Source: Eledone cirrhosa (lineage: Eukaryota). Taken from it: a stretch of DNA of 49,786 bases. The notes beneath the pieces were generated by a model, which saw only the letters and a list, made by a program, of their open reading frames with translations, ran no database searches and was not told the origin of the DNA. Location: NCBI GenBank assembly GCA_964016885.1, contig CAXHJY010001479.1, positions 1 to 49,786 of the forward strand, given 5' to 3'. Positions 13,801 through 27,299 of the stretch are shown in pieces (position 1 is the stretch's first letter; every line of letters begins with the position of its first letter). The position numbers were made by a program, and so were the translations under genes.

Positions 13801-15354
13801 TCATTCTTTCTTTCTTTTCTTTATTTATTTATTTATTTATGTTTTACAGTTGAATGAAGGAAATTTGGTTGTTATTTTATCAGGTCAAATGACACCATTA
13901 TATTCTCTACTTACTTGAGATTGTGGAGGTGTAGTTTTTGTTTTTCATCCTGCTTCAAGCTGCAAATTTGTACCAATCATAAGCATTTCTTTGTCGTGTT
14001 CGATGATGAGTTTTGCCGTTGTTCTATAATCCCATATGCTTAGTCATCACTTTTTTTTTATGTTAACCCAGGGAAAGAATAACAGTGCCCATGACTGTTT
14101 TCGAGGCATTTGAAACGTGTAACGGAATAGAGGGATATCTAAGTTCTCCTCAAACCGGAGACCTGTCCCGAATTATTGCAACATATTAGACGTCACTAAA
14201 GGCATCCAAAGAGCCAGTTAGTGGTGTTGAACCCTATTATCCAATGTATCCTTCCAGTAATTTCGGAACTATTTCTAGTTCCTCGTTTTGAATATTCTAT
14301 TTATTCTTTAGAGCAAAACTAACTAATGAATTCTAATATTTTAAACCAGATATCGAGATAGGGCAGTAATACAACTTGCCATTCATCATAATGTATAAGA
14401 AGGAGTTTAATTATGAAGGCCGGGGGCTCATCGGGCCGGAATTCACCCCGGTTTATTTGGTGTTAAGCTACTAATGACACCCTCTGGACAGGATGCCATT
14501 TCATCGCAGTGTTAACCCCAAGCAGCCGCTGATACTTATTTTCGCCTGAGTTGACTTATTTCAGAAATACAACCCATGACATACAATCGTAATACCAACA
14601 ACATAGCCACTAGGCCGTGTACCTTCAACATCACAATATATTTAGTGATGAATATATTAACGTATATGGAGATAGGTGAACAATTATGCAAAGATAGACT
14701 ATCACCTATCTAGAAATATAAAGATGGGTATACACTGATGGATGGATATCTAAATAGAAATGGATGGCCATTTTATTTTAAAATAAATGACTAAATATAC
14801 GCAGAGCTAGTTCTACCATTAAGACAACCTAAGCGACCAACAAGGACGCAGACCTCAATGGGGTGCATCACTGAATTTTAATGGATCTCCGTTTTATATA
14901 AATATGTATACCAAAATTAAAAACACATTAATTTGCAATAAATACTAAATAAATAACTAAACCTCTTTGCCACGTAGGAACCAAAGTGGCTGATATGGCC
15001 GTATTTTATAACTTGTGGCATCTTTTATCGAGAGAGAGTGTATAATGTGAAGTAGAAAGTGACAGAGCAAGAAGTGTCGAAAACTGTGTCAACTTACCAA
15101 ACTGTAAGTTAAAATTATATAGTTTGGGAGAACGGAACACACAAACAACTGGGTGGAGGGGCTCACAATGTAGAGCTAGTCATTGAGGCTAAATATCCTG
15201 ATTCTAGGAGGTATGAGACAATATACAATAAGAAGTGAACAGGTATATACTAATGGATTTGTATAATAAGTGGTATAGGAATATATAAGACATATATTCG
15301 TAGAAGATATTACAGATAGTTTTCTATAATATATATATATGTATAATATATATA

Positions 15355-15427
<73 letters not shown>

Positions 15428-15551
15428 TAGACTATTGCCTGTATAGATATAGTAGACAGGGATTTAGATGAAATTTTAATTCACCGACATGCGAATAGAT
15501 AGATACACTACTTTACAAAGAAAGATAAACATAAATTTGCTGTTCATTATC

Positions 15552-15587
<36 letters not shown>

Positions 15588-16034
15588 AAGAGGGAGATGA
15601 AGGCTGATAATTGCAGGTTTACTCTCTCCTTAACTGAGGGAGATAGTGTGTGCGTGTTTGCATAGGAAAATTGGGCTATGGTTTGGGATTAGGAGAAATG
15701 TGCCCTCGTAGCTGTAAATACTTTGATGAGATAGAACTCAGCCATCGAAATACCGTAATTGCACTATAATTAGCATACATTTCATTGGCTTTAAATATAT
15801 ATTTAAAGCCTTTCTAGGAATCGGAAACCACTTCAATAACACTGAAACTTAGACCTAATTATTTAAGATTGCTTAACAGGATCAATCCTGGTCTTGCTAC
15901 TAATTACAGGATGTATTATTGTTGCGTAACACGTACTACACATCTAGCATCATGAACCACAGAAGAAGTATCTACGTCATAGTATTTTAAGCTTGCAGTT
16001 AAATATCCTTTAAATCACACCCTATCGTCTAAAC

Positions 16035-16360
16035 CAGATCATCTCTACGTCGGTGCTAAATCCCTCTGGGCTGGGGGGCATTGTGAATGTAAAGGAGGTG
16101 ATGGGAAGGCGGCAGAGATGATCTAATAGTATATTAAATTTCAATTGCTACATATATATATAAATATAGTAAAATAAAATATATATATTTATTTATACAT
16201 ATTATATAGTATATTATATATAAAGTAACGATATTTATTTATTATATAGTATTTGCAATTTGCGTGTAGGTAGGTTTCTCAAGAAATTAGGGTGGAACAG
16301 TGAGGGTATTACGTGGCCACGAGGTGGGGGCTTTGTCAAAAAAGATTTTGAGAACATCTG
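16035..16360. mobile_element. Non-autonomous hAT (Charlie-like) MITE
   Basis: 8-bp TSD GTCTAAAC at 16027-16034 and 16361-16368. Imperfect TIRs: CAGATCATCTC versus the reverse complement of GAGAACATCTG (CAGATGTTCTC). Confidence 0.8.
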
Positions 16361-16375
16361 GTCTAAACATAGGAC

Positions 16376-18253
16376 CAGTGGCGTAACTAAGGATTTTGCG
16401 CCCGGGGCAAGCTCTAACCCCCCCCCCCCCCCCCCCGTAATTTAAATGACACGAAAAAGCATGAATATATAATCTAAAATTACTTTTATAAAATTAATAT
16501 GGAAAAAAGAGTAAAAAAATATTTACAAATGGATCTTTCTAGCTTTAGCTGATGCAAATTGATCGATTATTTCATCAAAATTGGTTGCGTTTGTTTCTTC
16601 GCTTTCTATGCATTGATGGCAAGATCGCGCAGACGGCTTTGAGACATTGATGTCCACAAATATGATAAGATGAGGTTGAGCTTGCTGAAGGATCTCTCAC
16701 AGCTTACGACGGAAACGACCATTGTTAGCAGTATCTGTAGACCAATGCGCAAATTCGGAAATATACTGTTGTCTCTGTATTGAACAATAAAATCCAGGAG
16801 GTGTTCTGGTCTTGAGACTGAAACATTAGTGCAGGTTGATAACAACGCCCGACAGTCAACGATTTCTTCAAAAAGCTCCTTGCCGTCAATGTCAGCATTG
16901 TAGTGATCAGCTAATGAAGAGCATTTTGATCGAAGCGTGAGGTCGTCTGGAAAAGGTGGACAGCACAGAGAGCGGACATCGAGGAGGAAGCCAAACCTCG
17001 CGTCAATATCGTTGAGACGGGCGAATCGTAGCTGCATTTCTGATTGAATTCGAAGGAGAACGGTTTGCATGACTGTTTTTACTTCACTGGCTGGTGATAG
17101 TATTCATCTTCAGAATTATCTGAAAGCTGCCGTCTTGGCCTTCCGCGACGTGTGCTGATATCAATGTTCCAGCGTTGACTTAACTCAATGCCTGTATTAA
17201 GTGATTACTGGGCAATAGTACTTCCATTATCCGCGAAATACTGCTGGAGGGCTTTGATGTCATCAGCAGCATCCCGGAAGTTCATTGTTGGTTCTTGAAA
17301 GCGTTTCTGAACCCGATCGATTCGAGCCAGAATCCTATTCCAAAATCCAAGCAACACGAAGAAGTGGAAGACAAGCAATTGGCTTAAAAGATGTTCTGCA
17401 TCACTTCGTGTGTCGGACCTCTCCTCATTATCCTCTACCAATTTTAGCACAAGCTCGAGGATTTCATTCAGAAAGTTTGCAAGATGCCTTACAGCATCTG
17501 CTCTTGCGCTCCACCTGGTGTCCGATGGAGATTTCAGAACGAAAGGGATTGCTTGCTTTAACTTTTCCCAACGCCGTGTTGATCGCGAAAAGAACGCAAA
17601 CAAGGACTTGATGACGTTGAAAAATGACATAACTTTGAAGCTACTCTTCGCTGCGGTCAAACCAACGAGGTTAAGTGAATGGTTGTCAGAGTTAACAAAT
17701 ATCGCCTTTTCGTTCAAATTCGTTATGCGTTGTTGAACCCCAATGGTGTGTCCGGCCATAACCGCAGCGTTGTCGTAACATTGTGCCTTGCAATCACTCA
17801 GCGCAAGGCCATCATCTTTCAATTCTTTAAAAATAAGTTCTACAATACTGGCTGCATCTTTCTCTTCCAGTAGAGTGAGCTCCAGAAAGGACTCTCGGAT
17901 GCGAATGGTCCTTTTGTCGAAATCAACATCGACATACCTCACCACTCGTGACAGCTGGTCTCGATGAGCTTGATCAGGAGATGAGTCCACCATCGGCGCA
18001 TTTTTTACGCGTCGAAGAACATTCTTCTTGACGTTGAGAGCAAGTAGATAAAGAAATTCTTTAGAAAAGCTAAGTTATAGAGCACAAACACTTGATGGGC
18101 TAATGTATTGAGCAACGGAAAGCATTTTTTGTTCATGCACAGTAAAAAAGAAAATAATTTAAGTCAACAATCTTGGTCAATTTTGCGCCCCATCAAGACG
18201 GCGCCTGGGGGCACGTGCCCCCTTGCCACCCCCTCACCCCCGTTACGCCACTG
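16376..18253 (-). mobile_element. Internally deleted hAT DNA transposon
   Basis: Perfect 12-bp TIR CAGTGGCGTAAC (16376-16387)/GTTACGCCACTG (18242-18253). TSD CATAGGAC on the left (16368-16375) and CAT[GAT]AGGAC on the right. GC-rich subterminal GCGCCC/GGGGCA motifs. Confidence 0.92.
16530..18060 (-). pseudogene. hAT transposase (ZMYM1/Tip100-like), N-terminally deleted and interrupted
   Basis: ORF 17205-17993 has DSSPD..H..QLS, YDNAAVMAG, NHSLNL and DTRW. ORF 16606-17070 has the hAT C-terminal dimerisation motif FPNL..LQILLT..VS..SCERSFSKL..I..YL...MSQ.RL..LA. Stops and frameshifts separate them. Confidence 0.9.
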
Positions 18254-19409
18254 CATGATAGGACACATGGGATAACTTAGTTCGGAGTATACGATGTCTA
18301 AATATCAAACGGGGTTGTCTTGGTTAAAATACATTTGATTTCGGATCTGCTTAATCCTGCCTAGCTTGAGGCTTAACAAAAAAACATAACAACCATCACC
18401 AGTATATATTGTAGTAGAGAGTTTCTTCCTGGATAATATAGAAATAGGAATTGTTCTATAAAATGAAAACATTATATAGGCAGAGATATTTACATGGAGA
18501 GATGCTAGCAGTTAGGTCTCAATAGAAATATGTGTGGATAGATGAAACGACAACAAATAGATGAATATACAGACAGATATATGCACAGGAAAAGTGATAG
18601 TTGCTGTAAGGGAACCACTTAATAGGATCACTGACAAAAGAGTTACAAACAATGTCATACTCAGCTGCTTTGTCATTCTTATTTCTTTCATCGCTTCTAC
18701 AAAGCTCTTATTTTTTCTTCTACGCATATCAAATCGTCACCACCTGCATCTCAAGCCACTTAAGGCATTTGCCTTTCCTTCTCTATTCACGCCTTTGTTT
18801 CTCCAAAGATCCAATTCTAAATATTTTGTGATGACCTGCAACACATGATTGCAATTTTCCTGCATCCTCTCGCTACTTCACGTATTTTCTTCGATAAATT
18901 CAAGTCCACGCAAACCTAAAAATAGACTAGAATTTTAGCCTCCATATATGGTAATAGGCCCTGACGAGTGGTAAGCTTTCAAAGTTGATAATAAACCCAA
19001 ACCAGTTATGAAGTACAGACTCCATTTTGGATTGATAATTATTTTAGTAGATTCATAACCATAGGTAAGGGATGGCATGAATACCGAATTGAAGATAGTG
19101 AGTTTGGGCATTTACACCTATGATTACCGAATGTTAAAGCTAGTACATTACTGCACCAGCTTCTGCAATTCTTGCACTTAATTCAGCCTCCATCACTCGT
19201 GAACACGGTACGTCCCGAGATACTTGAACTTCTCCACATGCTTTAGTGGAACACAATTTACATGTAGAGTGCACTGGAAGGACGTGTGTCTCTGTTTTCG
19301 TAGCACTGATTTTTCTTTCAAGACATGCAGCACTTGGAATCAAACCTATCAAGTGAAAGTTGGAACAATCGCGAATACAAGCGGCCGAAATGGGGTTCCT
19401 CCGAAGGGA

Positions 19410-19762
19410 TTTGAAGTAACTTTACTCGATAGCGTGCGTATCTCGGAGATCAGCCACTCCAGGTAGAGCTGCTACTTCTCCGAACTAAGAGAACACAGCT
19501 CCGATACTATAGGCATGTGGTTAGAATGTCTCATGAAGTGATCGCTGGACATATTTTACGAGCAAAACCAACCGACTGTAGGCCCAGGGGTAGACCCGGT
19601 ATAAGATGGTTGGATAACATCTATGAGTTCAGCTCGTCTTGCTTGGAGGTCCAGTCGAATCAGTTGGATGCGGTCGTTTCTGACAGGACCCGCTGAAAGG
19701 GGTGTTTGAGACTGCCCCCACAACCCTCTCTGGAATAAGTGGGCAAAGAAGAAAAAGAAGAA
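19410..19762 (+). mobile_element. RTE-type LINE 3' fragment (degenerate)
   Basis: Translates to ..RTQLRYYRHVVRMSHE..ILRAKPT..RPRGRP..RWLDNI, typical of an RTE ORF C-terminus. Ends in a GAA-rich tail. Homologous to 27855-28050. Confidence 0.8.
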
Positions 19763-22700
19763 TTATTATTTTAGTAATCAAATTTAAGTATATAACAGAG
19801 TACTATAGACAGTATGTAATGTGATGGCTGCAACCTAAATATTTTCGTGACCCCACACCTTTCATATACTAGTAATTCATGTATTTGGGTTGGGTAATGG
19901 TCTTAAAGGACATGTTTGAATATTATTTTTTTATTCTGTGCTTTGTGTCTCGTGACTGGGGTCAATATGGTGTGTGTGGATAGCATGGAAATTGTATATA
20001 TTTTTTTACGTTCACGTTTCTGGCAATTGTTTTTTATAGTTATTTATACATGGTTTCGGATTTTATGCATTCCCATAAAATGTATTTAATGTATTGAGGC
20101 GAGTTGTCCTCCTTAGAATTGTAGGCCCACACCCCTTGTCTGGTCTGGATACATCATCTTACAGAAGTTAAAAACTGAACATCACTTGTATTGGTTTATC
20201 GATAGCTAAGTTGGTGATAACACGTTAATGTTGAACGCATCAAACAGTTAACTATTAACGGAAAGAAATTAAATATCTTGGATAAGGTGATTATTTGTGA
20301 TTAACTCTATTAATTTGCGGGGTCTGGGGGATTATTCTTCCTGGAGAATGGAACATAATCTAGATAGCTCCCTGAAGAAAGAAAAGGAGTGGAAACAATT
20401 GGGTGTGCTATCACCGATCTTCAGTGGGGATTATTCTCCGTTGCGGGCACTCAGACTGCCATTGCAACTGTCGTTTCACCCTTTATCGAGCTGGCCTATT
20501 ATCAAAATCATTTCAGCGGTGACTATGAAATATTTTTATAGGTATTGTTTTCTGTGTCCTTTCCTTATTTAAGATAATGCGATATGAGAAAAATTTGGCT
20601 GCTATTTCTAGAAAAGTGCTCGGACACGTAGTAAGTCTTGTTGACTTATTCATGTGAACATCATGTATGTTATGTTATGTGTATGCCTGAATCGCACCTG
20701 TATAGGTGCGATTCAGGATTAGATGAAAGAATGAGAAATATCATTTATTTTTAATCTAATCAAACATTGAAAAAATTGTGGGACTGATTTGCTTACGATA
20801 AGTAATTGTTGAGAAAATAAATAAATAAAAATCTTAAGAGTGTACATGCCGCTTGTGGTATTTAAAGAAGGATGTGTTTTATCAAAGCCCCTTAACTCCT
20901 ACTTGACAATTTAAAAAACACATTGTATTCAATAAGAAAACGGATGTAGGTCAAACTTGTTTTGAAAGGAACGTTTTAGTAATGACGGGAGAAATAACTG
21001 GCAATCCATTGAACATCTGTATTTTACAAGGTATTTAACAAGTCGGTCGAGGTTGGGAGACGGAAGTGAAAGGTTGTGTCGACCCATGAAACATAGTTGA
21101 GAGGCAAATTAACTAGAAATCGTCGCAGTGTTGGTCGATCTCTGATAGGTTTGTTGTCTAGCCTGAGACAGTGGCGACTTGCAGAATTCTGCGCCCATAC
21201 TACCAGAGCACATTTCGGTTCACTGCTTTCGGGACAGAGCTGGCTACCCGCAAGAACGAGCCCCGCGAGTTGGAGTGGCTGTTCCAGCAATCCCCCTCGG
21301 CATCCTCTTGGGTAATGCCTTCTCCATTCTGCCCGTTGGGACTACGATGTGAATTAACCCTTACTCAGTGAGTAGGAAATATCGGATGTTTGTTTTTATC
21401 GTCACCATATGTTTATAGTGAAATAGAAACTTGTCCACTCTGATCTGAATCCCATTCCTTCATTGCTCGCGAATGTTTTATTTATTTTAATTTTATATTT
21501 ACACCAGTTTATTGTTCTAAACCATTTTGCTATCAAGCCGCCTGAAACCGGTCCCGATATAAAGTTGTTTATTTTAAGGTGTTTATATTTAGGTAAATAG
21601 TAAAAGGCCCTTACCTGTTAATAGTTGTACGCGCATCAACATGACACACGATATGTTTTAGGCATTTTAAACCTGGCAAATCCCATCCTTCTTCAGGTCG
21701 GAACGCACACGATTTCTTCCAGAGAAAGAAAGAGAGAATATGATAAGGAGGGCAACTAAATTGATATTTAGTTGGTATCATTGCCACTTCGTGTGGTATA
21801 ATCATAGTAGCAGGAGTAGCATTTGCTACGGGCCCAATATTTTCATGAGCACGTACTATTATACCTTATACTATTCTGTCTTTAATCTTTATATCACACA
21901 TTTAAATGTAGGGCTCCAAATCATCGTATAGAATATATTAAATTGAGGAACAGAAATGAAACATTGCCGGTTTAGGTTAGTGCGAAAGAGCCCTAGATTA
22001 AAAAGTATGTCACAGGCTCCACATTAACCTAATCCGGCACTGAATCCTCTCTCGCTCCCTCAATTTAGTATATTCTATATAATGTTCTATTTAGTTTATG
22101 CCATTCTTACATTTGATAATTTTGTTATTCCATCTGTTATTTCAAACGTTTCAACGGCATAATAGATCTGTATCAGTGATCAGATTGTAAACAATGTGAC
22201 GAAGCGCTTGATACCCAAAGATATATGATAAATGGAACGTGAATTTAACAGTTGTTGTGTATGTTTTAGATAGCACAAAAATGGCTCTTTCAACACAAGG
22301 TGAGAGGATTTCCGCTAACACGAGAAGGGATGGGTTCCGTCAGATTGAAAATCGCCACGGTGTCACTATACCATTAGGGTTTACGGGTCCATACATATAT
22401 AAGTTTTAGATTTTCTTTATTAAATTTCATTTTCTGAATTCCTTCTAAAAGTCTATTAACATTAAGTAGAAGTTGTGTATGATATGGCTGTTTCATAGAA
22501 GTTCAATATCTTTTTCTCATTGAAGAATACCTTTCATTTGTGGTTTATATAGATTCTAAAAGATCTAATGATGATTTGAATAAAGTGGTATTGAGCTTTG
22601 AGCAATCGTTGACGAATATAACTATAACAACACAAAGTACTAATCCCAATAACACTCCGAGGATCGATATATAGATAGATAGATATGTAGCTAGAACAAG

Positions 22701-22980
22701 CCACCGTAATGATATATTATAATGATTTAAAGAAATATGGAAGAAAGTTATTTTAATTGACTTATATGAATTTAAATAAAAAGATGGCAATGGTGTGGGG
22801 GGGGGGTCCAAGAGGGAGTAGGAAACTCGAGAGTTCGAATATCTTTACATAGAATGTCGTAATCAAGGAATTATTAGAATAAATTATGTTTTGTACAATA
22901 AAACATTATTTTTGACAAGTACTATGCTAGTATACACACGCACATACACACACATCCTCTCTTTCTCTCTCTCTCTCTCT

Positions 22981-23345
<365 letters not shown>

Positions 23346-23629
23346 AAGGAAATATAAAGGTATAAAGGAAAACACAGCGTTAATGCGTGGGTTATTACGA
23401 AATTTATCACGAATGGTTTTAATTACATGCTATTTATTACAACAGCAGAAATACGTCTATTTTTGTCTATTTTTGTATTTATTTCAGAAATAAACTCTTG
23501 CCTGAATCCACTCCTGTAATGTTGATGTAAAAGTGGTTTTATTTCCACATTGCCTTTATGAGAATTAAGCACTAGCCCTCTCTAGCGTTCTTATGGTGTA
23601 CTGATTTGGGTTGTTTATTTTTGGAATGC

Positions 23630-23775
23630 TGCATTGTCGAGGGTAAAACGGTTTGCTTCACAACCATTAGATCCCGGGTTCGTTCTAGGGCAGGTGTCAA
23701 TTACTATAATTTCAGGTCGACTTGAGCCGTGTAAATGAAATTGGTTAAGCAAATACTATTTGGAAGATGTCGGAT
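23630..23775 (+). mobile_element. Diverged tRNA-derived SINE
   Basis: GGTAAAACGGTTTGCTTCACAACCA...CCCGGGTTCGTTC (A/B-box-like), then a GGGCAGGTGTC..ACTATA body. Confidence 0.55.
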
Positions 23776-24739
23776 GGACTATACCTGTAATTCAGAGGGT
23801 TAGCTTTGTCATTCACTCGGTTACATTGAACCACCCAGAGAATTAGGCTACGTTTCTTCCTATCTGTGGAATGCTCAACCACTATACTTTACGTTGCTCT
23901 TGATGACTCAGCTGGGAAAACGTGGGTTGTATTAGTAATTCAAGGGGGAAGCTTCATCACACGCTGTGTCACCATAAGAATTGCGTTATGGGTAGACATG
24001 TTTCTAGAATGTTTAAACACTTGCAAGCATATTCTATGATATTTGACTGTTTCGTTGGTTGTACAACTGAATCACACGTCGACGAAACCGTCGGCTGTTC
24101 ATTTCATGTTTTCATGTATCTCCGAATTTAGGTTTTTATTTTGGTTTATTTTCGGTTTGGGCGAAGGATAAATTGTGATTTGAATAAATATATGAAAGCT
24201 ATCAAAACATAGGCGTTCCTTCGTGTTAAATAACCAAGATCTTCATTATCAGTATCATCAACCGAAATATCTGTCGTAAACTGGGCTATCTGATGGGGTT
24301 ACATGTAGTTGATAATGATACTTTTCAGGACAGCACGCTATACTCTTTTAGAATGTTCTTTTTATAGATAACACATTTAAGAATAACACATTTAACTTTT
24401 AGATCGTAAGAATCCTACAGAACATTATATAAAATGAAATATCAGCAAATAATTTAGAACCAAGCTAAAGACTATCACTATATATAGTTAGGCAAAGGTC
24501 AAATAAAGATAGTCTCAGTCGAAGTGACTAGTGTGTCACTGGGTATTTATCTCTTTCATATACACATAATCTAATACTATACACCAGTTGTATAAAACTA
24601 TTGGTTTGTTTGTGTGGAGAATATTGATCAATAATTGTTATTTAATCCCAGGATAACCCTGATTTTCCAGACCTATGTTCAAGGTGGTCCCAACTTAAAC
24701 CTTCCTGCTTAAAGTATTATAATACTTTTTTTTTATGCA

Positions 24740-24905
24740 GTCAGGTGCATGTAAGATATGACTCATGGTATTTGTTTCGGCTCTTTATGTTGTAAGTTCA
24801 TATAATGCCGACATCAATTTTGCCTTTCATCATTTCGACGTCGATATAACAGGCAGTTCGCTTCCCCCCTTTAAATTGATGGCTTGTGTCTATGTAAGAA
24901 ATCAG
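24740..24905 (+). mobile_element. Diverged SINE (9275 family)
   Basis: AAGTTCATATAATGCCGACATCAATTTTGCCTTTCATCATTTCGACGTCGATA matches the B box and core of 9275-9457. Confidence 0.65.
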
Positions 24906-25253
24906 TTTGTATAGAATTTTGCTATTTCAATCAGCGCACGTGGCTACGTTGAGACTCTGTTATTGGTGGGTGGATGTGTTTGTCAGTATATATTTTATGA
25001 AGGCCCTTGGCTTAGACTATAGAATGTTCGGTCATAGGTTCCATTCTCACCAACACATGCACCTTAATTTAACGATCATCCTGATCGTAAAACATCTAGA
25101 ACATTTATGGTCGAAACCGACGGAGGTCCAAGATTGTGTTTTGATTTAAACTTTAAGAGTACTACGAGAGGGGACATTTCCGTCTGTTCGCACCTCTATG
25201 TATTCATGTTTCCGAACTGTTTTAAAGTACCACGTACTTGATGTCGTGGTCTC

Positions 25254-25297
<44 letters not shown>

Positions 25298-25362
25298 GAT
25301 AAATCTACCAAGAGTTTACGGTAGTGTCCAATCCGTATGAAGAACTCAATGTATTCCGGATA

Positions 25363-25515
25363 TCATTATTTCTGAAGACGGCATATATGTGTGTTTGGTA
25401 TGTATATTTAATCTTGATAGTTTGTATAATTTTGTATAATTTTGTACATAGATCTGTTGAATATGCATGCCAATTCTAACACATATATATCCTAGAAACG
25501 ATCGTTAAATAATGA
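25363..25515 (+). ncRNA. Type-I hammerhead ribozyme with very long stem II (solo copy of 40991-41145)
   Basis: TCATTATTT-CTGAAGA(25372-25378)-long hairpin-GAAA-CGATCG-TT-AAATAATGA. Homology to 40992-41215 continues to the TA tract at ~25578-25593. Confidence 0.8.
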
Positions 25516-25982
25516 ACTTTTTTTGTTTAATATAAGGAACTGTTTCATTGTTTTATTCATTATTTGTTTAATATTTTATATATATATATATATCGATGCC
25601 CATAATGTTTGCTTATGTGTATGTATGCGTGTCAACATATATACTGGTGTGCATACCTGGTCAACCGTGGGTATGTTGTTTACTAAATGAATGTATGTGT
25701 GCGTCACATTTTTATATTATTCCGCTGCCTTCTTTCCTTCTCTTTACTTTTTTATACCTGTCATCTTTCCATCTCTCTCTCTCTCTCTCCCTCCCTCTGA
25801 AGAGGTACCGTGGAACCGAAAAGGTTAAACCCCCCCCCCCCCCCAAAAAAAAATAATAATTTTATTATATAGGCACAAGACCAGCAATTTTGGGGGAGGG
25901 GAAAGTCGATTGTAACTCTATGCGTCAAAGCATGGCGTCCGACCCTCTACCGATACTGCTAATCCTCCGAATAATAATAATA

Positions 25983-26160
25983 ATTGTTTCTACTTTAGGC
26001 ACAAGGCCAGCAATTACCCAGTGCATTACTGGTACTTTATTTTATCGACCGCGTAAGGATGAAAGGCAAAGCAAACCTAGGCGGGATTTGAACTCATAAT
26101 GGCAAGGGCCGTAACTCTATGCATCAAAGCATGGCGTACCAACCCTCTACCGATACTGCC
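25983..26160 (-). mobile_element. tRNA-derived SINE (9275 family), flanked by extra SINE fragments at 25869-25968 and 26170-26187
   Basis: Reverse complement of 9275-9457, including the B box (GGGATTTGAACTC) and core. Confidence 0.85.
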
Positions 26161-26308
26161 AGGTCTTTTATATAGGCACAAGGCCAAATAATAATAATAA
26201 TGAGGGTTAATGCAACAAAAGGTGTATCTCAGAATATAACGCCTTGCAGGTGTAAAACGATGATCATGCTGAAACATATATATGTCTGTGTGTATATATA
26301 TATATGTT

Positions 26309-26383
<75 letters not shown>

Positions 26384-26857
26384 ATAGATATACAAGAGCG
26401 TGTATGGATGCATATGCGATATTTTCATTTATAATAAACATATACATACTCACAATGACTGCTCAATATCACAGCTATCACAGTAGCCGTCACATCTTTT
26501 TATTAGACAACACACAACATTTGCTTTCCCTGCTATTTTTTCTTTCTATCTCCTTTTATATTTATCAATCTATATATCTATTTCTTTTTACATTTCTATT
26601 ACCCGCACTCTCTTATTTTCTGTCTATTAATTGTGTTATCTTCTTCCTTGCATCACATGTTTTCGTTATTCATTTCTGTTTTCTTCTTGTTATTCGCTAT
26701 TCGTCTTTACACATTGTTTATATTCTATTTCATCCTTTCGCTTTTTCTTCCTCTCATACCACCCTAATAGTTTTCATTTCAAGTTCTATAGTCTTTTACA
26801 TTCTATCTATCGCTCAGTTCAATCATCCATATTCTTTCGTTTTCATTTCTCTCTCTT

Positions 26858-26894
<37 letters not shown>

Positions 26895-27299
26895 CAAACA
26901 AGTAAGACACATACGTTAGTCCATCCCTATTTATATATATACTTATTTCTTTATTTCGAGCTCTTATTTTATTTCATTCCTGCTTTTTCTTTCTTTTCCC
27001 TTTCACATGCTATCCTATTCCCGATTTCCTATCTTCCTCCCACAAATACTTCCTTATAATTTCTTCTCCTAAACTCTCGCCACCCCCGTAGTCTTACTTT
27101 CTTACCCTTTCTGTTTCTTGTATGTCTCTTTCTCTGCAGCAATGTGATCGCAGTATTGTCCGCGGGACGAGTTTAAGATGTAGCGTTCTGCCAGGTGTGT
27201 AGAATTAGACCACCTCGCTTCACCCACAGCTTTTTTTGTATTTAATTTTCCCTCCCCTCCCTCTTCTTTTCGTTTATCTGTCTTCCATTTATACACTGT

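Noticed and set aside
18955-19075. CTGACGAG...ACCATAGGTAAGGG as a hammerhead
   Set aside because: GAAA is missing and the stems are unconvincing.
20368-20405. CTGAAGA...GAAACAATTG
   Set aside because: No stem II pairing and no UH after the palindrome.
19140-21715. Possible minus-strand host exons (21615-21715 with a GTAAG donor; 19140-19345 starting GLIPS after an AG)
   Set aside because: The phases are incompatible for a continuous ORF and the peptides are not recognisable. RNA-seq would be needed.
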